From an uncultured Candidatus Binatia bacterium (GTDB lineage: Bacteria; Desulfobacterota; Binatia; UBA9968; JAJDTQ01): a stretch of DNA of 64,000 nt. The notes beneath the pieces were generated by a model. The model saw only the letters and a program-made list of their open reading frames with translations. It ran no database searches and was not told the DNA's origin. The position numbers and the translations under genes are program-made. The DNA lies in assembly GCA_965213675.1 (NCBI GenBank), contig CBDCAF010000018.1, positions 19,905 through 83,904 on the forward strand, written 5' to 3'. Shown one piece after another: positions 28,175-37,585 of this stretch. The first letter of the stretch is position 1. Each line of letters begins with the position of its first letter.

Positions 28175-31100
28175 ATGCCTGCGCCCGACCCACACACCCG
28201 CGCCCATCTCGAATGGCTCGGCTTCATCCAGCCGAACGGCCTCGTGGTCTCCGCTCCGGCCCTGGTCAAGGCTGGGGCCATCCTCAACCGGCACGATGTC
28301 GAAGGGCAGGAGTTGCTGGACGCTTGGTTGAACCAACGCGATGGATCGCCTGCGCGCCCTCGGGAACAGTGCCTCCAGGACTTCCGCGTATTCGCGAAGA
28401 CCATCCTCGGCTGGGGTTTCTCGCCCAAGGGATACGCGGGTACGGAGGAGACCCCTATCCCGGCGGCACTTAAGGTTCCTCTCCCCGACTACGGAGAGAC
28501 GCTGCGTCCGGACTTCGCGGTGTGCGAGCGCGACCCGCAGGCCGGGGAATTGCCGTGGCAGTTGCTCGTGCAGGTGCTGGAAGAGGGTGAAGGCTTCGAC
28601 AGGCCGACCGCCGGCGGACTGAAAACCTCTCCGCAGGATCGAATGGAGCGCCTCCTCCGCAGCACCGGAGTTCCTGCTGGTGTGCTCTTCAACGGCGCTG
28701 CGCTACGTCTCGTCTCGGCCCCGCGCGGCGAAAGCTCCGGCTGGATGGACTTTCGTTTGGCCGACATGGCCCAGACCGCGGGGCGGCCTCTGTGCGCGGC
28801 GTTGCGCCTTCTTTTGTGTGAGCAACGCCTGTTGACAGGGCCGAAGGAACATCGCCTGGCGGCGCTGCTCGCCGACAGCCGCCGGTATCAGAACGAGGTC
28901 AGCGAGCGGCTTTCCGAGCAGGTCATGCACGCACTCTATGACCTCCTTCGAGGGTTCCAGGCGGCCCAGGACGAATCCCGCGGAGAGCTGCTGCGGGAAC
29001 CGCTCTCCGCGGAAGGCGACCCCAACGACATCTATCGCGGCCTTCTCGCCGTCATCCTCCGCCTCGTCTTTCTGCTCTACGCCGAGGAGCGCCGCATGCT
29101 TCCGGGCGGCGAGACCTTCATCCAGCACTATTCGGTTGGCGGCCTCTACCAGCGCCTGCGCGAGGAGGCGGCCTTGCACCCGGATACCATGGATCAGCGC
29201 TACGGCGCGTGGGCGCAGCTTCTCGTGCTGTTCCGCCTTATTCACGACGGGGCGGGTGGGCACAAGACCGGAGGCAGCGTCAGCCTTCCGGAACGCCGCG
29301 GCGTTTTGTTCAACCCGGATCGGTATCCGTTCCTCGAGGGCCGTCACAGCGGCGGCGGCCGGCAGATCACCGAGCGGGTCCAGCCGCCGCTGGTCTCCGA
29401 CGGCGCCGTCTACCGGGTGCTGGAGAAGCTGGTAGTCCTCGACGGCGAGCGCATTTCCTACCGCACCCTGGACGTGGAACAGATCGGGTCCGTTTACGAG
29501 GTCATCATGGGCTTCCGTCTGGAGACCGCCACCGGCCGGTCCATGTCCGTCAAGTCCGCCAAGAAGCTTGGGGCGCCGAGCACCGTCGATCTCGACGAGT
29601 TGGCGAGACAGCCCGGCGAACGTCGTGGGAAATGGCTCCAGGACCGCGTGGACCGCACCCTCACCGACACCGTCAGGAAGGGACTGCGGGCAGCCGATAC
29701 GGTGGATGACCTTCACTTGGCGCTGGACCGGGTGCTGGACAAGGACGCCACGCCGGACCTCGTCACTCCCGGCTCCCTGGTGCTGCAACCCAGTGATGAG
29801 CGCCGCCGCTCGGGCTCCAACTACACGCCGCGGGAACTCACCGAACCGATTGTCCGCCACACTCTGGAGCCCCTGCTCAATCGGCTTCGCGGCGAGGATG
29901 GACAGGCACCGTCTCCCGCCCGGATTCTCGACCTCAAGATTTGCGATCCGGCCATGGGTTCCGGCGCCTTTCTGGTGGAAACCTGTCGCCAGCTCGCGGA
30001 TGCGCTCACCGAGGCATGGCACAAGCACGATGAGACGCCGGTAATCCCGCCTGACGAAGACGAGGGGATCCATGCCCGCCGTCTGGTCGCCCAGAAGTGC
30101 CTCTACGGCATCGACCGGAATCCCATGGCTGTGGACCTGGCCAAGACCTCGCTGTGGCTCAGCACGTTGGCGCGGGACCACCCGCTCACCTTCCTGGACC
30201 ACGCGTTCCGCCATGGCGACGCCCTCGTCGGATTGACCCGGAAACAGGCCGAGGCGTTCCACTGGATCCCGGATAGACCTCCTGAAGAGGGTTTCGAGAT
30301 CATGAGGGTGCGGGAACACATGACGGAGTTGGCCGCGCTGCGCCAGCGCATCAGGGACGCGGGCGAGGATGTCTCCGATCAAGAACTGCACGACATCTGG
30401 CAAGATGCGCGCGACGAGCTTGGCGCCGTCCGGCTCTACGGCGATCTGGCGCTGGCGGCGTTCTTCGCTGAAACCAAACGGGGGCCAAGGGAAGGGAAGA
30501 GGCGCGAATTCGCCGCAGCCGCCTGGGGTGGTCAGGCCGAGCGCTACCTGGGATGGATCGGGGACCAGCGCGGCAGCGACCCGCCGCTCGCTCCTTTCCA
30601 CTGGGAAATCGAGTTCCCCGAGGTGTTCGAGCGCGAGAATCCGGGGTTCGACGCGTTCGTCGGGAACCCGCCGTTCGCCGGGAAAAATAGCGTCGTCGCT
30701 GGTAACGTCGTGGGTTATCCCGACTGGCTCAAGACCGTCCACAGAGAGAGCCACGGCAACGCCGACCTTGTAGCGCACTTCTACCGGCGTGCGTTCAACC
30801 TCCTGCGTGAAGGGGGCGCGTTCGGTCTGATTGCCACCAACACCATCGCCCAAGGCGATACCCGTTCCACCGGACTGCGCTGGATTTGCGAGAACAACGG
30901 CTCGATCTTCCGCGCCACCAAACGGGTCAAGTGGCCCGGCGACGCGGCCGTGGTGGTCAGCGTGCTGCACGTCGCCAAGGGCGAATTTGCAGGAACCAAG
31001 GTGCTCGACGGCAGGGATGTGGAGAACATCACCGCGTTCCTCTTCCACAAGGGCGGCCACGCCGACCCGGCGCGCCTCGAAGCGAACGCCGGCAAGAGCT

Positions 31101-33325
31101 TCCAGGGAAGCATCGTCCTCGGAATGGGCTTCACCTTTGACGACACGGACAAGAAGGGCGTCGCCAACCCGCTGTCGGAGATGCAGCGGCTGATCGAAGC
31201 AGACCCGCGCAACGGCGAGCGCATCTTCCCGTACATCGGTGGCGAGGAGGTGAACACCAGCCCGACCCACGCCCATCACCGATACGTGATCAACTTTGAG
31301 GACTTTCCGTTGCGGAGGGAGGACCTGGGAAAGCAGTGGGCGGACGCGGGGGAAGACTTGCGCCGCACATGGCTGCGGCGCGGGGTGGTCCCGCTGGACT
31401 ATCCGGAGCCGGTGGCAGCGGATTGGCCGGATTTGCTGGCGATTGTGGATGAGCGAGTGAGGCCGGAGCGAAGCAAGCTCACGAAGAATCCCATCGGTCG
31501 AAAGCGAGCGGAGTTCTGGTGGCGTTACGGCTCGACGGCAAACGAACTCTACGCCGCCAGCGCCAGTCAGCCTCGAGTTTTGGTGATTTCGAGATACGGA
31601 CAAGTTGCTGCATTCACGTTCTTGCCCGCCGGCGCTGTCTATAGCGATTCATGCATCATATTCCCGGTCGACACCTATGCCGCCCTGTGCGTCCTCCAGT
31701 CCCGCCCCCACGAGATCTGGGTGCGCTTCTTTGGCTCGTCGATGAAGGACGACCTCCGCTACACGCCATCCGACTGCTTCGAGACTTTCGCTTTTCCTGA
31801 TGATTGGGCAACGGCCACGGCGCTGGAGGCCGCAGGCAAGGCGTATTTTGAGCACCGAGTGACGCTGATGCTCTGTAACGGTGAGGGTCTGACCAGAACC
31901 TTAAACCGCTTTCATGACCCCTACGATGGCAATCCGAATATCATCCGTCTCCGAGAACTCCACGCCGCCATGGACCGCGCCGTCCTCGACGCCTACGGCT
32001 GGACCGACATCCCCACCGACTGTGATTTCCTCCTCGACTACGAAATCGACGAGGCTACTTGGGGCGTGAAGAAAAAGCCGTACCGCTATCGCTGGCCCGA
32101 CAAAATTTGCGACGAAGTCCTTGCTCGCCTTCTCGCCCTCAATGTTGAGCGTTCCGAAGAGGAAGCCCGTGCACGGCTGGTGCAGAAGCCGGTCCGAAAG
32201 AAACGCCATCGCGTCCTGATGGTGGCAGAACAACCTCCTCTCTGGGATCGTCCAATGACTGACCAGACTCCACAGCGGTTCACGCCGTTGGTGAAGCGCT
32301 CTCGTCCCAAGCCTTCGACGATCTATCCGGTTCTCTGGAAATTTGCGTGTGAGCGCCAGCGGGTCTATCTACGGCGCGTCGCAGGCGACCCAAGCCCGTG
32401 GACTACGGACACTGTGCTGTCAGAATACAAGTTCACGAATGCCTTCAGAGCCGCTGACAGGGTGAGTCAGTACCTGATTCAGTTGATCTATTCTGATGCT
32501 AAGGCCAGCGGCGCCAACGTGTTTCTGAGAGCCCTTTTATTCAAGGTCTTCAACAAGATCGAGACGTGGGACAGGGTCGTTAACGGACTCGGCATGCCTG
32601 TCGCTCACGAGTTCGACTACGCGGCGTGCGACGATTTGCTTGTCAATCTTCGTCGGCAGGGGGCGCCGATTTACTCCGCCGCTTACATCATGCCATCGGG
32701 AGGACGAGTCGGGATGCCGAAGCACCGGATGCATCTCGAACTGATTCGCAGAATGCTTGATGAACGCCTTCCGGAGAAGCTGCAGGAGTCGAAGTCGCTG
32801 GCTGAAGCCTACGAGATGGTTCTTTTGTATCCCACGTTGGGACCCTTTCTCGCTTTCCAGTACGTTATCGACCTAAATTATTCGACCCTGATGAACCACT
32901 CGGAACAGAGATTCGTGGTTGCCGGCCCCGGCGCCTTGGATGGACTGTCCAAGTGCTTCGAGTCGCTTGGGGAGTATGATCCGGCCGACGCCATCCTATG
33001 GTTGTCCGACATCCAAGCGGACGAGTTCGCGCGGTATGGACTCGAATTCGGGGGTCTATGGGGACGCCCGCTTCAGCCGATCGATGTCCAGAATCTGTTC
33101 TGTGAGGTCTCGAAGTACACTCGGGTGACACATCCAGAGATAAGAGGCCTGACCAAGCGTAAACGCATCAAGCAAAGATTTGCGATGACAGGGCCGCTCG
33201 CCAAGCCCTTCTTCCCGCCCAAATGGGGCTTGAATCAACGAATTGACGAGTGGCTCCCGCGCCGAACGGGTGCAACTCTCGAACAACGCGAGCTTTTCTT
33301 CCCAACCCCAGCCAGGCCTACGTGA
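28175..33325 (+). CDS. drmMI: DISARM N6-adenine DNA methyltransferase DrmMI, fused in frame to a C-terminal aGPT-Pplase1-like domain (from 32255)
   Basis: DPAMGSGAF (motif I), FHWEIEFPEVF, GNPPF (motif IV), LRYTPSDCFETF; no stop before the second domain. Confidence 0.88.
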   Translation: MPAPDPHTRAHLEWLGFIQPNGLVVSAPALVKAGAILNRHDVEGQELLDAWLNQRDGSPARPREQCLQDFRVFAKTILGWGFSPKGYAGTEETPIPAALKVPLPDYGETLRPDFAVCERDPQAGELPWQLLVQVLEEGEGFDRPTAGGLKTSPQDRMERLLRSTGVPAGVLFNGAALRLVSAPRGESSGWMDFRLADMAQTAGRPLCAALRLLLCEQRLLTGPKEHRLAALLADSRRYQNEVSERLSEQVMHALYDLLRGFQAAQDESRGELLREPLSAEGDPNDIYRGLLAVILRLVFLLYAEERRMLPGGETFIQHYSVGGLYQRLREEAALHPDTMDQRYGAWAQLLVLFRLIHDGAGGHKTGGSVSLPERRGVLFNPDRYPFLEGRHSGGGRQITERVQPPLVSDGAVYRVLEKLVVLDGERISYRTLDVEQIGSVYEVIMGFRLETATGRSMSVKSAKKLGAPSTVDLDELARQPGERRGKWLQDRVDRTLTDTVRKGLRAADTVDDLHLALDRVLDKDATPDLVTPGSLVLQPSDERRRSGSNYTPRELTEPIVRHTLEPLLNRLRGEDGQAPSPARILDLKICDPAMGSGAFLVETCRQLADALTEAWHKHDETPVIPPDEDEGIHARRLVAQKCLYGIDRNPMAVDLAKTSLWLSTLARDHPLTFLDHAFRHGDALVGLTRKQAEAFHWIPDRPPEEGFEIMRVREHMTELAALRQRIRDAGEDVSDQELHDIWQDARDELGAVRLYGDLALAAFFAETKRGPREGKRREFAAAAWGGQAERYLGWIGDQRGSDPPLAPFHWEIEFPEVFERENPGFDAFVGNPPFAGKNSVVAGNVVGYPDWLKTVHRESHGNADLVAHFYRRAFNLLREGGAFGLIATNTIAQGDTRSTGLRWICENNGSIFRATKRVKWPGDAAVVVSVLHVAKGEFAGTKVLDGRDVENITAFLFHKGGHADPARLEANAGKSFQGSIVLGMGFTFDDTDKKGVANPLSEMQRLIEADPRNGERIFPYIGGEEVNTSPTHAHHRYVINFEDFPLRREDLGKQWADAGEDLRRTWLRRGVVPLDYPEPVAADWPDLLAIVDERVRPERSKLTKNPIGRKRAEFWWRYGSTANELYAASASQPRVLVISRYGQVAAFTFLPAGAVYSDSCIIFPVDTYAALCVLQSRPHEIWVRFFGSSMKDDLRYTPSDCFETFAFPDDWATATALEAAGKAYFEHRVTLMLCNGEGLTRTLNRFHDPYDGNPNIIRLRELHAAMDRAVLDAYGWTDIPTDCDFLLDYEIDEATWGVKKKPYRYRWPDKICDEVLARLLALNVERSEEEARARLVQKPVRKKRHRVLMVAEQPPLWDRPMTDQTPQRFTPLVKRSRPKPSTIYPVLWKFACERQRVYLRRVAGDPSPWTTDTVLSEYKFTNAFRAADRVSQYLIQLIYSDAKASGANVFLRALLFKVFNKIETWDRVVNGLGMPVAHEFDYAACDDLLVNLRRQGAPIYSAAYIMPSGGRVGMPKHRMHLELIRRMLDERLPEKLQESKSLAEAYEMVLLYPTLGPFLAFQYVIDLNYSTLMNHSEQRFVVAGPGALDGLSKCFESLGEYDPADAILWLSDIQADEFARYGLEFGGLWGRPLQPIDVQNLFCEVSKYTRVTHPEIRGLTKRKRIKQRFAMTGPLAKPFFPPKWGLNQRIDEWLPRRTGATLEQRELFFPTPARPT
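32255..33325 (+). CDS. aGPT-Pplase1 / 5-hmdU DNA kinase-associated helical domain (fused domain or internally initiated gene)
   Basis: ERQRVY..R..G...PWT.D.VL..YKFTN..RA.DRVSQY, GPFLAFQY.IDLNYS, GPGA..GL, DVQNLFCEVSKY; in-frame ATG at 32255. Confidence 0.8.
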   Translation: MTDQTPQRFTPLVKRSRPKPSTIYPVLWKFACERQRVYLRRVAGDPSPWTTDTVLSEYKFTNAFRAADRVSQYLIQLIYSDAKASGANVFLRALLFKVFNKIETWDRVVNGLGMPVAHEFDYAACDDLLVNLRRQGAPIYSAAYIMPSGGRVGMPKHRMHLELIRRMLDERLPEKLQESKSLAEAYEMVLLYPTLGPFLAFQYVIDLNYSTLMNHSEQRFVVAGPGALDGLSKCFESLGEYDPADAILWLSDIQADEFARYGLEFGGLWGRPLQPIDVQNLFCEVSKYTRVTHPEIRGLTKRKRIKQRFAMTGPLAKPFFPPKWGLNQRIDEWLPRRTGATLEQRELFFPTPARPT

Positions 33326-34397
33326 TTTCGCGGTAAAGAAGTTGCCGTTGATTCATGTCGAGCGTTACGTGTCCTCCCTCGTGTTCCCGGAGAGACCTGA
33401 ACACGCGATATCCTTTGAGAATGGCGGTTTCCCACCGCCATAGGGGAAGTTTGGCGACCTCGAAGCCTTGTATGAACTCCTTTACGGCCTTGAGCAGGTC
33501 ATAGTCGACCTGGTCGATATTGTCGTAGTAGTTCATTTTCTTTGCCCGGCTGAATACAATGGCGGATACGGCCTCTTCGATAATTCTCGCCCGCGCACCG
33601 TCCTCGTTCTCGTCCACCAGTGGATCGCTCTTCCGCTTGCACTTCAGTAGGTGTCTTATGACAGGTGACCATCCGAGGTACACGGCGTAAGCGAAATGGA
33701 AAACATCGTGAAACCGGTAGAAGTCAGGCTGTCCGATATTGTCCGTCAGGCGATCCCCGAAGTTCAGTCCGTTACACCGGAGTATGGCCGTCACCTTGCT
33801 GTCCCGCTGGACTTGGCGAAAGTCGATATCGAGTTTACGTGGGAGCTGTTCCTCTTCCGGGAAGCCCTCATCGAAGAAAGGTGGGACGACATACCTCTCG
33901 GGCCATCGGCTCTGCGTCTTTTCCTGGTTCGTTCGCGCGGCCTCGTAGAGGTCGACGCCGGCGCCTTCCGCAACGTGAAATAGGGCGTCCCAGGTTGGCC
34001 CAAGCCTTCCGGAATCCATTCGGTCACGGTTTTGCACTGCACTGAGTAATTCGCCCGCCGCAACCCCGAGGGCCACTCCATCCCCCAAGGGTCCTGGGCT
34101 TCGCCCCGATAGGGCCTGCGCTCGCTTGTTCGCACGGTTCAGTGCCGACGGATCAAGAATGGCGGAGAGGCGCGCCAAGTACCAAAGACAATCTCCGATT
34201 TCTTCGACGAGCCGCTTACGGTATGCGGGATAGGCGTCGGTTTCACGTTGTTCCTTTTTCAATTCGGCGAGAACACTCCCCGCTTCACCGAAAAGACCTG
34301 CCGCAAGGATGAGGGCGTGGTTCGGTTTGTCGACGAGTTGATCCGTTCGCTTTGCAGACTTGGCGTATTCAATGAGCCAAGACATCGGCTTTCTCAT
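33318..34397 (-). CDS. MazG-like NTP pyrophosphohydrolase with MazG_C domain
   Basis: GLFGEAG...KK...EEIGDCLWY, degenerate second MazG repeat, C-terminal DFYRFHDVFH (DxYRxHDxxH) and EDGARA..IEE. Confidence 0.88.
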   Translation of the reverse strand: MRKPMSWLIEYAKSAKRTDQLVDKPNHALILAAGLFGEAGSVLAELKKEQRETDAYPAYRKRLVEEIGDCLWYLARLSAILDPSALNRANKRAQALSGRSPGPLGDGVALGVAAGELLSAVQNRDRMDSGRLGPTWDALFHVAEGAGVDLYEAARTNQEKTQSRWPERYVVPPFFDEGFPEEEQLPRKLDIDFRQVQRDSKVTAILRCNGLNFGDRLTDNIGQPDFYRFHDVFHFAYAVYLGWSPVIRHLLKCKRKSDPLVDENEDGARARIIEEAVSAIVFSRAKKMNYYDNIDQVDYDLLKAVKEFIQGFEVAKLPLWRWETAILKGYRVFRSLREHEGGHVTLDMNQRQLLYREIT

Positions 34398-35163
34398 GTG
34401 CTTCCTTCAAGGAACGGAGATCGTCGAGCAGTTTCTGTAGCCGTCTTTCCGACCCCTCAAGGGTGGCATAAGACGAGTGGACCACCAGGGTGCCCATGTC
34501 CTGCCCGGTCTCTTTGGCGACACAATCCTGGAGGCGGGCCAAACCAAGCAGGTTGCCTGGTACCTTGTATCGGTAGTCATGGCTCCGGTAGAATGCTGTC
34601 AGGTGGACCGCACCAACGAAGAGCTTGAACGAAAGGTGGGAGAGACAAGGATCGCCCCGTCGGCGTTTACCGTCTTTCACCGTGTTGTAGAGGGGCATGT
34701 CGTATTCCCCTTCGGCGACATTAATGTCGTAACGGGATTTCATGGTTCCCTTGGTCGAAAGCTCCTTCTTCATATTGTCTATCATCTCCTTCAAGGGGTT
34801 CATGTCCGTGCCATCGGCTGTCTTTCGTCGAACCAGCCGATAGGCGTAGGTGTCCCAAAGGATCTTTGGATGCCGCTTGATCGCCGGAAAGGTCTTATCG
34901 GGGTAGTCGTCGTAGACGCCCTTCAGTCCCCGCCTGCGATATTCTGACAAGGGAAAGATCGTTTCGGCCACCGAGTGAATCGGTAGTTGGTTTTCGCCCA
35001 TAAAGAAGTCATCGAGTTTTTGCTCTGCGGCCTTGGGATAGCCCCTCTTTCCCGGTTCTCCGATCTCCAGCACAAGGTTCAGCATGGGACCGTTGGACAA
35101 CAGGAACTCGGCGGCGTCAACCCAGGCATCCATCCAGGCAGCGGTCTGGATCAATTTTGCCAT
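34369..35163 (-). CDS. thymidylate synthase-superfamily protein (possible dUMP hydroxymethylase)
   Basis: PCLSHL catalytic Cys, AFYRSHD, GNLLGL (Asn at the dUMP-specificity position), VVHSSYA; TGATG coupling to the upstream gene. Confidence 0.8.
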   Translation of the reverse strand: MAKLIQTAAWMDAWVDAAEFLLSNGPMLNLVLEIGEPGKRGYPKAAEQKLDDFFMGENQLPIHSVAETIFPLSEYRRRGLKGVYDDYPDKTFPAIKRHPKILWDTYAYRLVRRKTADGTDMNPLKEMIDNMKKELSTKGTMKSRYDINVAEGEYDMPLYNTVKDGKRRRGDPCLSHLSFKLFVGAVHLTAFYRSHDYRYKVPGNLLGLARLQDCVAKETGQDMGTLVVHSSYATLEGSERRLQKLLDDLRSLKEAHEKADVLAH

Positions 35164-35792
35164 CACGTCACCTCCTCCGTGAGGGCCAGTAGGTCGCGTA
35201 GATGACGGGCGAGGAAGGCGTCGTCGAGCCATGCATGGCCGTTGTCACCCCATTCGGCACCCCAGCTATTCCTGACCAGGAAGCACCGCGATGTATCGGC
35301 GGTCCCCAAACCGACCGCTACGACTGCGTGAAGACCTCGGATCGGGCCGTCGTGCGAGATTAACCAAAGAGGTGTAGGCGACAAAAAGTCGTCTGGTATG
35401 GAAATGCCGAGAACAGGCGTTTGCCCAGCGTTTAGCAGGGTTTCGACCTCATCTGCGGTAGCATCCTTCTGAACGCTCTTGCGTGGGTACAGTCGCACGC
35501 CTGCCGGTGGCATCCAGCCGAGAGGCAAACCGTCGGGATAGTAGGGGCAGTCTGCTTCCGCGGGCTGCCCAGGGTCTTGCAGGGCACGAGATGTCTCCAG
35601 GAATGCTGCGCCATCCGTCGGATTGTGGACCGACGCAAAGTAGTGGAGATACTCCGGCGAGAGCGCCATCTTGGAGCCGCGCACGCGTTCGTGTGCGCTC
35701 GTGCAGGCAAATGATAGACATGTGGGCCGGGCGCCCTGGTCCCGAATCGGGCCGAGGCTTTGCCGGTGGTCGACGAGAACGGTGATGTTCAT
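35163..35792 (-). CDS. papain-like C1 family cysteine peptidase, no signal or pro-peptide
   Basis: RDQGARPTCLSFA (Gln/Cys), LHAVVAVG (His), VRNSWGAEWGDNG (Asn); ATGA coupling. Confidence 0.9.
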   Translation of the reverse strand: MNITVLVDHRQSLGPIRDQGARPTCLSFACTSAHERVRGSKMALSPEYLHYFASVHNPTDGAAFLETSRALQDPGQPAEADCPYYPDGLPLGWMPPAGVRLYPRKSVQKDATADEVETLLNAGQTPVLGISIPDDFLSPTPLWLISHDGPIRGLHAVVAVGLGTADTSRCFLVRNSWGAEWGDNGHAWLDDAFLARHLRDLLALTEEVT

Positions 35793-36772
35793 GCTGCATT
35801 TGCCAGTGCGTCGAGTTTGGCTTTTCTCGGGAAGCCGCCGGATTCCTTTCCATGAGCATCGATTTTGATCGCGATATGGTCGAGTGTCGCGCCGCTCCAT
35901 GGGCGGGCGTGTTCAAAGGCGAGTCGATGTGTGCCAGGAGTATTGAAACGGACATACACGACACGGGCTGAAGGCCGTCCATAGACTCTGTCCGAGTCTG
36001 CTGTGTGCTCTGCGATGACCTCGGAGCTGGCTCCGGTGTCGATGAGCCTCCAGATGTAGCCGGCGGAAACGTTGTCCTCCAGATGGACTGCGAAGAGATC
36101 GTCGGGTCCGGCTTCGAGAAACGTGTCGGTGTCACCACAGGTCAAAGCCCAGACGTCGGCCCAGGAGTTCGTGATCAGTTCTGCGGGTGCCAACGCCCGC
36201 TTCAGTTCCTTGACCGGCGTCGCTTCGAGTTGTTTGGCTTCCGCGCGCGTAAGGACCTTGGACGTTACCAAACCCCAGCATGCGGCTTGGTAGCTGATGC
36301 CCAAGCGAAGGGAAAGTTGGTAGATGTTGCGCGGTTGATGCAGCTCTTGCCTTTTCCAGCCATGGCGTGTGGCGGATTCTACCATGAGCTGTTTTGATGC
36401 CAGCAGCTCCGAGGCAAAGGTGTCAGCGGCCACCTCCTCAATCGCACGTGACCCTGAAGCGTGACGTCCCGCGAACCCAACGGTTTTATCCAGGCTTGAC
36501 TCATGCCCCAGCACCCAGTGTCCGAGCTCGTGGGCCAGTGTAAACCGCTGAACGGCCAGTCCCATGCGACTCGTAACGATGATGCCTCGGGCACCCTTGC
36601 CAGCGGGAACAACGGCGCCCCAAAGATGATCCAGCGGCCGAAAGACGAGGGGGATGTCCCGCGTGGTGATCGCGCTGACAATGTCGAAACTGGTGCGGTC
36701 ACTCTTGGCAGTTGAGGCGAGAATCTTGGCTGCTTCTCTGACGGCTCGCAAAGTCTCGTTACGTCTGTTCAT
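35789..36772 (-). CDS. ImmA/IrrE metallopeptidase with C-terminal chagasin (I42 inhibitor)-like domain
   Basis: RFTLAHELGH, EVAADTFASELL, HTH-like segment; C-terminal LEDNVSAGYIW ... PGTHRLAFEHARPW. Confidence 0.85.
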   Translation of the reverse strand: MNRRNETLRAVREAAKILASTAKSDRTSFDIVSAITTRDIPLVFRPLDHLWGAVVPAGKGARGIIVTSRMGLAVQRFTLAHELGHWVLGHESSLDKTVGFAGRHASGSRAIEEVAADTFASELLASKQLMVESATRHGWKRQELHQPRNIYQLSLRLGISYQAACWGLVTSKVLTRAEAKQLEATPVKELKRALAPAELITNSWADVWALTCGDTDTFLEAGPDDLFAVHLEDNVSAGYIWRLIDTGASSEVIAEHTADSDRVYGRPSARVVYVRFNTPGTHRLAFEHARPWSGATLDHIAIKIDAHGKESGGFPRKAKLDALANAA

Positions 36773-37121
36773 CCGGTTTCCTCGACCGCAGGAATTGGGC
36801 GAAACGAAGAACCTCCTCCCGGTCGGTCACCGACAGTTCAGCGGTCGCCCGTGCTACCAGTCGTACCGACTCCGGCTCCGGGCTCTCCAGATCGGGTCCG
36901 GTGAGGCTCTCCATGTTGGTCTGATAGAGCGTGGCAAGGCGCTGAAGTTCCAATGCATCGACACGTCGCGCCCGATTCTCCATGAGTGAAATGGCGGATC
37001 TGGGAAGGCCGAGATGTGCGGCAACCTCTTCCTGGGTGAACCCGCAGTATTCCCGCGCCTCCTTTAGCCGCGTGCTCAGGGTGCCACGCTTGGCTGGCTG
37101 GCCGTGATTATCGTCGTTCAT
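36759..37121 (-). CDS. XRE-family HTH transcriptional regulator
   Basis: RLKEARE..G.TQEEVA..LG..RSAIS..E...R; GGAGG RBS. Confidence 0.92.
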   Translation of the reverse strand: MNDDNHGQPAKRGTLSTRLKEAREYCGFTQEEVAAHLGLPRSAISLMENRARRVDALELQRLATLYQTNMESLTGPDLESPEPESVRLVARATAELSVTDREEVLRFAQFLRSRKPDEQT

Positions 37122-37155
37122 TTACCACCTCCAATCGGATGGGTTGGCGTCAAGC

Positions 37156-37551
37156 TCAGGAGATCTTTCTCATCATTTCGGGTACAAGATGATCGATCAT
37201 GTCGTCGATGCTCTGGTAACCTCCAGGACGAATCAGCCGAACGTCAATGGGGCGACCTAGGTATCGCTGAAAAATCGGAGAGCTGCGGGCCACAGCCTTT
37301 GAGTCCAACTCAGGCATGGAATCCCACAGGTCGGAGTTGCTCCTGTCACTGACCATTCCGTTACGACTCGCTTCCACTTGTAAATCCCAGTCTCCCATCT
37401 CCTGACTCGCCCATTCCCTGAGTTCTTTTCTCAAGAGGGCCTCCTTGTTCGGCCCACGGCCCCTCACGGTCCTCAGCGTGGAGGTATCCCAGAACGAAAG
37501 GGGAATCTGGGATGAAGATTTAGGGGCTTGGGTAGGGATTTTGTGTTCCAT
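37156..37551 (-). CDS. divergent acyl-carrier-protein-like protein
   Basis: ELDS(84)KAV...IFQRYLGRPID..LIRPGGYQSIDDMIDHL follows the ACP helix II-IV spacing; adjacent to a PPTase. Confidence 0.6.
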   Translation of the reverse strand: MEHKIPTQAPKSSSQIPLSFWDTSTLRTVRGRGPNKEALLRKELREWASQEMGDWDLQVEASRNGMVSDRSNSDLWDSMPELDSKAVARSSPIFQRYLGRPIDVRLIRPGGYQSIDDMIDHLVPEMMRKIS

Positions 37552-37585
37552 AACGGAACAAGATTAGCACCGTAATGTTCGAAAG

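Noticed and set aside
34369-35163. Housekeeping thyA
   Set aside because: Too divergent outside the catalytic motifs and embedded in accessory cargo; kept as TS-superfamily only.
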